A DNA stretch of 64,000 nt from Caulobacter sp. GTDB lineage: Bacteria > Pseudomonadota > Alphaproteobacteria > Caulobacterales > Caulobacteraceae. Of the stretch, positions 58,150 through 64,000 are shown piece by piece. Below the pieces are notes generated by a model. It was not told the origin of the DNA. It searched no databases and was given only the letters and a program-made list of their open reading frames with translations. The stretch is taken from assembly GCA_017745235.1 (NCBI GenBank), contig JAGHZU010000003.1:190465-254464 (forward strand), given 5' to 3'. The stretch's first letter is position 1; each line of letters begins with the position of its first letter. The translations under genes were made by a program, and so were the position numbers.

Positions 58150-60630
58150 ATGCGATTTCTCGCAGGGCTGGCGCTTGCTTGCGCGCTAGCTGGCCCCGTC
58201 GCGGCAACGCCCCCCGCACCGCCGAGGCCGTATACCGTCGAAGACCTGCTCGCCGTCCGAAACTTCGGGCGCGCGGCGTTCTCGGGCGATGGGCGCACAG
58301 CCATCTTCGAAGTTCAGGGGCCCATCACGGCCGCCGGACAATGGGATCTCGAGTTCCTGTCCATCCAGCGGACAAGCCGTCTCTATGTCGTCGATGTCGA
58401 GCGCGGCGGCCCGCCCAAACGTCTGCTGCGATCGGCGGCCGGTGGCGAAACCCTCGGCGCGGTCTCGCCCGACGGACGGCGCGCCCTCGTCTACCGGCTC
58501 GTCGACCATACCAACGAGCTCGGGGTGCTGGACTTCTCGACCCGGACGGTGAGCTGGTCCGGCCGCGCGGTCGACGCCGAGGCCTGGCTCAGCCTCGCAC
58601 GTTGGCGCAACAACACCGAGGTCGTGTTCCTGGCCACGACAGCCGACGCCCCGTCCATGCTCCTGAACCAAGGTTGGCAGAGCCAAGCGCGAACCATCGC
58701 GGCCTGGAAGGCGGCCCAGGCTGGTCAGCCAAGCGTCGTGGTCCTGAGGGGTGGCCCCGGCGCCGAACAAAACCCGACCTGGCCGCAAAGCGATGTTGTG
58801 CTGCTCGACGCCCGCACAGGCGCCACGAAGCTGCTGACGCGAGGCCCCTTCATGGAGCTTTCCATCGCCCCGGGCGGCGAGAGCGTGGCGCTGATCTCGG
58901 CGGATGAACCGGTGACGATGGATGGGTCGATGCTGGCCCAGAACGGACTCTTCGACCGTCGCCGCAGGCTGATGTTCATAGATCTTCGGAACGGCCGGAT
59001 CGTTCGTCCCTGTCCGCGCTGCGACCTTGCCGCCGCCCTGATCAGCTGGGCCCCGGACGGTGGCTCGGCCCTGGTCGTCGCGCAGCCGGATGACGCCAAG
59101 TCCGGCGACTGGAGGCGGATACGCTACTGGCGCCTTTCCACCACAGGCGCGGCCAGCGCGGTGTCGGAGGATCTGTCGCCAGGCCTGACCCGCACGGTCG
59201 GCGGCACCACGGCCCTGCTTGCGCCCGACGCGGGCTGGGTGGACGGCGCGCCAGCGATCTTCGCGCATCGCGCCGGTGAGACCGCGATGGCCTGGTGGAC
59301 GATCGATGCGTTCGGCGCCCGCGCCCTCGCATCGGACCTCTCCGTCGAGGCGGGCCGGCGCCTGGCCGCCTCGCCGCATGGCTTTCTGGTGCGCACGCCC
59401 CAGGGCGTGGTCGATCTTGCCGCGCCCCGCGGTCCGGCTGTCGCCGGCCCGCAGGACAAGGTCCTCGCGGCCTCGGCCCTGGCCGGCGAACTCCCCAAGG
59501 TCCTTCAGATCGAGGATGCCGGCGGCGCGCGGTTGCTGACGTCCACCGGGGTCGTCCGTTCCGCCTCTCCGCTTGCGCTCGGCGCCAATCTGCTGGCCGT
59601 GTCCCCCGCTGCGTCAGCGACTTTGAGCGTGACCAAGACGGCCAATGGCGTCGGAACGCTCTGGCTGGCCAGGCCGGAGAAGCCGTCGCTTGCCCTGATG
59701 GCCCTCAATGCCGCCTTGGCAGATGTCGATCTCGCCACGCCGCGACCGATTGTTCATCGCACGCCGCGTGGGCAAACGGTGACGAGTTGGCTCTACACGC
59801 CCGGTGACCACAAGGCCGGTGACGACCGCCCACTCGTCGTCGTCCCCTATCCTGGCTCCAACTACGCCTCGCCGCCCGCGCTCGCGGCGCCGGACGCCCG
59901 GGGTTACACCGCCAATGTTCGCTTGCTGGTGGGCGCCGGCTACGCGGTGCTGGTCCCCAGCCTGCCGATCCCGGCCGACGCGCCGCCCCAGGAGGGGTTG
60001 GCCGAGGCCATGCTGATGGCTGTCGACGCGACCTTGGCGGCAGACCCAGGGCTCTCGGCCAAGAAGCTCGCGGTCTGGGGACACAGCTTCGGCGGCTACG
60101 GCGCCCTGGTCGCCGCCACCCAGACCGCGCGGTTCAAAGCCGTGATCGCCTCGTCCGGTGTGAGCGACATGTTCTCATACTGGGCCGCGCAAGGACCGGC
60201 GGCGACGGCTATTCCAGAGGTCATGCTCAGGATCTCGACCATGTTCGGCTGGGCGGAGACCGGACAGGGCCGCATGGGCGGCCCGCCGTGGGCGCAGCCC
60301 CAGCGCTACATCGACGGAAGTCCCCTGCTGCAGGCCGACAAGATCACCGCGCCCGTGCTCCTCATCCAGGGCGACCTCGATTACGACCCCTACAAGTCGA
60401 TGGCGATGTTCGCGGCGCTCTATCGGCAGGGCAAGCCGGTCGAATTGCTCACCTATCCCGGGGAAGGCCACGTCGTGCAGTCGCCGGGCAATGTGCGCGA
60501 TGTCTACGCCCGCGCCTTCGCCTTCCTTCAGGCGGCGTTCTCGGCCGTCCCGGGCGAAGCGGGTGGGACCGCGACAGCGGTCTCGGCAAGGCTCGGCGAC
60601 GCCGCGCCGGCGTCACAACCTTCCCAGTAG
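58150..60630 (+). CDS. Lasso peptide isopeptidase (S9 prolyl-oligopeptidase family, AtxE2-like)
   Basis: GHSFGGY, QGDLD and GEGH catalytic triad; signal peptide; beta-propeller region; adjacent to lasso B/C genes. Confidence 0.85.
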   Translation: MRFLAGLALACALAGPVAATPPAPPRPYTVEDLLAVRNFGRAAFSGDGRTAIFEVQGPITAAGQWDLEFLSIQRTSRLYVVDVERGGPPKRLLRSAAGGETLGAVSPDGRRALVYRLVDHTNELGVLDFSTRTVSWSGRAVDAEAWLSLARWRNNTEVVFLATTADAPSMLLNQGWQSQARTIAAWKAAQAGQPSVVVLRGGPGAEQNPTWPQSDVVLLDARTGATKLLTRGPFMELSIAPGGESVALISADEPVTMDGSMLAQNGLFDRRRRLMFIDLRNGRIVRPCPRCDLAAALISWAPDGGSALVVAQPDDAKSGDWRRIRYWRLSTTGAASAVSEDLSPGLTRTVGGTTALLAPDAGWVDGAPAIFAHRAGETAMAWWTIDAFGARALASDLSVEAGRRLAASPHGFLVRTPQGVVDLAAPRGPAVAGPQDKVLAASALAGELPKVLQIEDAGGARLLTSTGVVRSASPLALGANLLAVSPAASATLSVTKTANGVGTLWLARPEKPSLALMALNAALADVDLATPRPIVHRTPRGQTVTSWLYTPGDHKAGDDRPLVVVPYPGSNYASPPALAAPDARGYTANVRLLVGAGYAVLVPSLPIPADAPPQEGLAEAMLMAVDATLAADPGLSAKKLAVWGHSFGGYGALVAATQTARFKAVIASSGVSDMFSYWAAQGPAATAIPEVMLRISTMFGWAETGQGRMGGPPWAQPQRYIDGSPLLQADKITAPVLLIQGDLDYDPYKSMAMFAALYRQGKPVELLTYPGEGHVVQSPGNVRDVYARAFAFLQAAFSAVPGEAGGTATAVSARLGDAAPASQPSQ

Positions 60631-62372
60631 CGCACGAAGGCTTCCAGCACGGTCGCCGTCAGCACCTCCGAATAGGTGTTTCGGAAGATCAGCGCATCCG
60701 GACTCAGCACCGTCTCCAGATCCTGTCGTCGGATCACGCCTTGGGCCACCAAGCGGCCCTCGAGCAGGAAGTCCCGAAGCATCGGGGCGTTGAGCGCCAG
60801 GGTGCGTCCGAGGAACACGCTGATGTCGCCCTTGGAGCGTCGCGAGACGATGATTTCGGGAAGACGGTCGGCGAAAACCCGACGCGCGAAGCTGCGCTCG
60901 CCCTCGCCTTGGCTGAGGACCGGTGTCGAGATCTCAAGGCAGGCCTCGACCACCGGCTGGCTCAGCAGCGGATGACAAAGGCGAGCCGCCGCGCCCCGGC
61001 GAGTATAGGCGAACACGCCTTGGGTCAGGGCCAGACCTCGGATCTGGGCGCGCTTGGCGGGTGGCAACCGGTGGAGATCGGTGACCCAGGGGTGCCAGTC
61101 GCCGTCGGTCCGCGCCGGCGCCAGCACCTTGGGTGCGGACATCAGGGCCTCGACCCTGCGGCTGGGATGCCCCCGGAACGATTGCGCCAGAAGGCTCCAC
61201 ACCGAGCGACGGGTTCGCAAGGCCACCTCGACTAGGCGCGTCAGGCGCGCGCCTTCACAGGGCGCGCCGCGCAGCAGGTCGCCGGCCAGCTCCGCCGCCG
61301 CCAGCTGGTAGAAGACGACATCGCCGCCATGGCCGGTGAACAGGATATCGGCGCCGACCGTCTCGATGGCCTCAAGCGCCAGGGTGTCGAAATCGGTGTC
61401 GAGGATTTCGAAGTTTGGACGAAAGGCGCCCGCGTCAGCCATCAGGCCCGCCTGGGTCAGCGCCATCACCGGCCGTTCGACACATTGAAGCGGCGTGGCC
61501 GCCCGCTCGGCCGCCGCCTTGGCATAGACCCGCTCGTCCGCCTCGGCCTGGCTACGGAAGAAATTGAGGCCAGCGTCGGCTGGTCGCCCAATGGCGCGAA
61601 GGCTTGTAGCGACAATGGCCGAGTCCAAACCGCCGGAGATTTCGCAGAGCACGCGCTGTCGGCCCAGCAGGAAGGCGCGCAGCGTACCATCGACAGCCCG
61701 GCGCAGTCCGACTTCGTCCCCCAGACGCGGGCCGCGGCGGGCCGCCTCCCCCGGCGTCCAGACGACATTGCGTCCACCAAGCTCAGGACCGTGACGGCAC
61801 ACGCCCGGCTCGATCCAGACGACGCCCTTCAAGGGCGGCGCGGCGCCCATGCGGCGTGGATCGGCCATGAGATCGGAGACGCCGTCCCAATCAACGCGCA
61901 CCCCTGCGGGCGCGGCGAGGCCTTCGGGCGGTTCGTCCGCAACCAAGGTCACCCCGTCTTTGAACCATGCGAAGGCCGGAAGCCCACCCAGGGGGTCAGA
62001 GGCGATGATCGGCCCGCCGCCATGGCGATCACGCAGGACGACGACGTAGTCGCCGAAGGCGTGACGCGCGAGCCACGGGGCGACCGATCTGGGATCCTCG
62101 CTCGGCGCCGCGCCAAGCGCTTGTGGGTCGAGGACAGCCGCTAAGCCGTCATCAAGTGATGCGCGATCGAAGACGTCTCCGATGATCGCGCCCACCGTCC
62201 CCTTCCAGTCGCCGAGCGGCCGCACGGGCGGTGCGGCCCGGTTTCTGGTCAGGGCGGCGAGGCCATAGGGCTGCAACACGAGCATCCACCCTCGGGCCTG
62301 CAGGTCGGCGACCATGGCGTCGAACGCGTCGGCGGTTCGGCCTCCTGGATGGGTCAGCACCACATAGGCCAC
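60528..62372 (-). CDS. Lasso cyclase C (asparagine-synthetase-like)
   Basis: EISGGLDSAIV, FTGHGGDVVF, CHPLLSQPVVE and RRSKG; GTG start 5 bp after the B stop. Confidence 0.9.
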   Translation of the reverse strand: MAYVVLTHPGGRTADAFDAMVADLQARGWMLVLQPYGLAALTRNRAAPPVRPLGDWKGTVGAIIGDVFDRASLDDGLAAVLDPQALGAAPSEDPRSVAPWLARHAFGDYVVVLRDRHGGGPIIASDPLGGLPAFAWFKDGVTLVADEPPEGLAAPAGVRVDWDGVSDLMADPRRMGAAPPLKGVVWIEPGVCRHGPELGGRNVVWTPGEAARRGPRLGDEVGLRRAVDGTLRAFLLGRQRVLCEISGGLDSAIVATSLRAIGRPADAGLNFFRSQAEADERVYAKAAAERAATPLQCVERPVMALTQAGLMADAGAFRPNFEILDTDFDTLALEAIETVGADILFTGHGGDVVFYQLAAAELAGDLLRGAPCEGARLTRLVEVALRTRRSVWSLLAQSFRGHPSRRVEALMSAPKVLAPARTDGDWHPWVTDLHRLPPAKRAQIRGLALTQGVFAYTRRGAAARLCHPLLSQPVVEACLEISTPVLSQGEGERSFARRVFADRLPEIIVSRRSKGDISVFLGRTLALNAPMLRDFLLEGRLVAQGVIRRQDLETVLSPDALIFRNTYSEVLTATVLEAFVRYWEGCDAGAASPSLAETAVAVPPASPGTAENAA

Positions 62373-62376
62373 GGGG

Positions 62377-63033
62377 CTAGACCTCCATGATCGGCGCGAA
62401 CGCGCAAAGGCGTTCAGCTTCATCGTCCAGGGCGATGTCCTCCACCTGGAGCCAGCAATGGGCCTGGAACGGCCAGGTGCGCACGCCAAACACCCAGGTT
62501 GGCCGATGCCCCAGCACTCTCAGGAAGGCGGCGAGCATGCCGCTGCGAAACAGGCAGACACCGTCCATCGGCAACCAGGGCGCCAGTCGCCGCCAGACGG
62601 CGATGTCCGCCAGCAGGCGTGGGATGTCGTGGTGCGCGGACGCCTCTGACGGGCCGTGGGCCTGGACGACCTGGCGAAAGGTGCGGCGGCGGCTGGCGAG
62701 GCCAGCCCGCACGGCGGCGGCCAGCGCGGCGATGTGGGAAAAGCGAACGCGGCCGTGCATCTGCGGGGCCAACTCCAGAAGCCTGCGCGCCGTGCGCTCG
62801 GGCGCCGTCGGGCGCGATCTCAGGGGCGATGCGTCGCCGGCGAACATGACCAGGCCCGCGCCGACAAGCTCCTCGCCCAGTTGGACATCGGGCGTGACCA
62901 GGATCTCCCCATCCAGCACGACCAACCCTTCCGGGAGCGGAAGGCAGAAATAGGCGTCGGCGTCGACATCGAGAAACACCAGGTCGCTGTCGATCATCAC
63001 CGCATGGACGGGCTCGGTCAGTTGCAGTCGCAC
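62377..63033 (-). CDS. Lasso B protein (fused RRE + transglutaminase-like leader peptidase)
   Basis: LVFLDVDADAYFCL RRE; VCLFRS, FGVRTWPFQAHCWLQ and ALDD Cys-His-Asp triad. Confidence 0.92.
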   Translation of the reverse strand: MRLQLTEPVHAVMIDSDLVFLDVDADAYFCLPLPEGLVVLDGEILVTPDVQLGEELVGAGLVMFAGDASPLRSRPTAPERTARRLLELAPQMHGRVRFSHIAALAAAVRAGLASRRRTFRQVVQAHGPSEASAHHDIPRLLADIAVWRRLAPWLPMDGVCLFRSGMLAAFLRVLGHRPTWVFGVRTWPFQAHCWLQVEDIALDDEAERLCAFAPIMEV

Positions 63034-63058
63034 GGCATTGTCCTCGGCTCGGCGAAGG

Positions 63059-63088
63059 CGCCGGCGGCGACGATGGCCGCCGCCGGCG
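63059..63088. terminator. GC-rich hairpin between precursor and B gene
   Basis: 11-bp perfect stem CGCCGGCGGCG/CGCCGCCGGCG with an 8-nt loop. Confidence 0.7.
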
Positions 63089-63094
63089 GTCGGC

Positions 63095-63202
63095 TCAGAC
63101 GTTCGCGAATTCCCGGGGCACAGGGCTTTCCGGGATCGTGCCTTCGGAGCCTTCGGTCAGCTGCTTGGCCGAGCCGACGCGGATCAGACGCTGGGTCATC
63201 AT
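63095..63202 (-). CDS. Lasso precursor A3: leader MMTQRLIRVGSAKQLTE, core GSEGTIPESPVPREFANV
   Basis: Hand translation; RBS AAGGAGAG; LIxxGxAxxLT leader with Thr at -2; Gly1 and Glu8. Confidence 0.92.
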   Translation of the reverse strand: MMTQRLIRVGSAKQLTEGSEGTIPESPVPREFANV

Positions 63203-63264
63203 GTCTCTCCTTGAGGATGTTCAACCGCGAGATGCGGCGCAATCAGGAGGCGACCGGAGCGACG

Positions 63265-63280
63265 TATATTCAAATCTATA
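63265..63280. promoter_or_regulatory. 16-bp operator-like box TATATTCAAATCTATA, copy 1
   Basis: Identical to 63674..63689; 63 bp upstream of the A3 start. Confidence 0.65.
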
Positions 63281-63320
63281 TTTGCCGGTTCGAAATCCAG
63301 CGTCGGCGTCATTGGGCTGC

Positions 63321-63415
63321 TTAGAGGTGGCGCGGGACGAGCGCTTCGGAAGCGAGCCCCCGTCACCAAGGCTCAACGACCTCGCCAGACCGCCCAGGAT
63401 CAGACGTAAAGGCAT
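63321..63415 (-). pseudogene. Lasso precursor A2 with 1-nt deletion (restored core GDGGSLPEALVPRHL)
   Basis: Leader MPLRLILGGLARSLSL then GDGGSLP; adding one G at CCG^AA gives EALVPRHL*; span is 95 nt. Confidence 0.75.
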
Positions 63416-63504
63416 GGGGGCGCTCTCTATGGGCGATGACTTTTGCCAATGCGTGGCGCGCAGGGCGACGGCGGACGACCATGCCGTCCGCCGTCGCGTC
63501 GAAA

Positions 63505-63618
63505 TCACAAGCCTGAATAGAGCCTGCCGGTCATGTCTTCCGGCACCAGCTGGATATCGCCGGCCTGGGTCAGGGCCGTGGCCGAGCCGATCGCGATCAG
63601 TCGCATACGCATCGTCAT
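63505..63618 (-). CDS. Lasso precursor A1: leader MTMRMRLIAIGSATALTQ, core AGDIQLVPEDMTGRLYSGL
   Basis: Hand translation; RBS AAGGAG; Thr at -2; Ala1 and Glu9. Confidence 0.88.
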   Translation of the reverse strand: MTMRMRLIAIGSATALTQAGDIQLVPEDMTGRLYSGL

Positions 63619-63667
63619 CTCCTTAGGTTCGAGCCGCCGTTTGCGGCTCGAACAGGGGGCTACCGCC

Positions 63668-63695
63668 CGCGACTATATTCAAATCTATAGTCGCG
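63668..63695. promoter_or_regulatory. Operator-like box copy 2 within a 10-bp inverted repeat (CGCGACTATA-TTCAAATC-TATAGTCGCG)
   Basis: Read directly; 16-mer core lies 56 bp upstream of the A1 start and overlaps the upstream gene's stop. Confidence 0.65.
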
Positions 63696-64000
63696 AGCGT
63701 ATCGATGCGGTCAGGGCGGCTGTGAAGATCGCCCCGCTGCGCCTTGCGCGGCGTGCGTAGTACCGCCGAAAGAAGGCGGCGAGCTCGTGAGCCGCCACCG
63801 GCCATCGCTCGGCGGACAGAGCAATGGCTTCCGCAACAGCGAAGGGCGCGAGCTGGTTCAGGACGCGGGTGACCTCGGCGGCGAGCACGCGATTGTCCAC
63901 CTGTTCACGGAGGACGCCGAGCGCCTGCAACGGCGTTCCAGCGCTGACAGGGCCCGTGACGCGCCGGAAGAGCTGGAGCGACAGGAGTCCGGCCAGGCCG
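63685..64000 (-). CDS. 3' end of a probable GntR-family regulator (runs off window)
   Basis: Open frame ...NRVLAAEVTRVLNQLAP...RRYYARRARR...RL*; GntR genes commonly precede precursors in this cluster type; no HTH visible in window. Confidence 0.45.
   Translation of the reverse strand, partial: GLAGLLSLQLFRRVTGPVSAGTPLQALGVLREQVDNRVLAAEVTRVLNQLAPFAVAEAIALSAERWPVAAHELAAFFRRYYARRARRSGAIFTAALTASIRSRL

Noticed and set aside
60528-62489. Lasso cyclase start at 62489
   Set aside because: It would overlap the B gene by over 100 bp; GTG at 62372 fits better.
63221-63508. 95-aa ORF upstream of the lasso B gene as a real protein
   Set aside because: Better explained as read-through of the frameshifted precursor A2.
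556-63900. Many long overlapping ORFs in the track (e.g. 912..1994, 37382..38563, 47853..49424, 55834..57885, 58186..59379)
   Set aside because: They are antisense or alternate-frame shadows of well-supported genes in high-GC DNA, Arg/Pro-rich and without motifs.
1-64000. CRISPR array, tRNA or rRNA
   Set aside because: No regularly spaced repeats or tRNA/rRNA signatures seen by eye; a tRNAscan/CRISPR scan would be decisive.

Overview
High-GC alphaproteobacterial accessory DNA; gene content points to Caulobacteraceae (inference). It has four blocks. (1) About 0.6-18.8 kb: a low-oxygen island with fixL-fixJ-fixK, four well-placed FixK/Fnr boxes, USPs, Hsp20, two monohaem cytochromes c, ADHs, a P-type ATPase, a beta-CASP MBL and a host-attachment/baeRF-like protein. 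It is bounded by an IS3 remnant and a ruined large serine recombinase. (2) About 19.7-31.4 kb: a defence-like cargo block with a PLD nuclease, a coupled four-gene cassette (unknown, Fe-S/PD-(D/E)XK-like nuclease, unknown, SF1 helicase), an N4C/N6A methyltransferase, a RES-Xre toxin-antitoxin pair and a TIR-like protein. (3) About 31.5-53.3 kb: a Tn4371/ICEMlSym-type ICE backbone (trbB-C-D-E-J-K-L-F-G-I, traG, relaxase, SLT, traF, DUF2840, FseA-like activator). repA/parA are absent from their usual slot, and four genes (AbiJ-like, Mrr-like, unknown, FAD-binding) sit between copG and trbB. (4) About 53.4-64 kb: a lasso-peptide cluster (FecI-FecR-TonB transducer-isopeptidase facing C-B-A). Its precursor genes are missing from the ORF track. 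I read two intact precursors (cores AGDIQLVPEDMTGRLYSGL and GSEGTIPESPVPREFANV) and a third broken by one missing base (restored core GDGGSLPEALVPRHL). An identical 16-bp operator-like box precedes each intact precursor. All family assignments come from motif recognition by eye; no database search was run.
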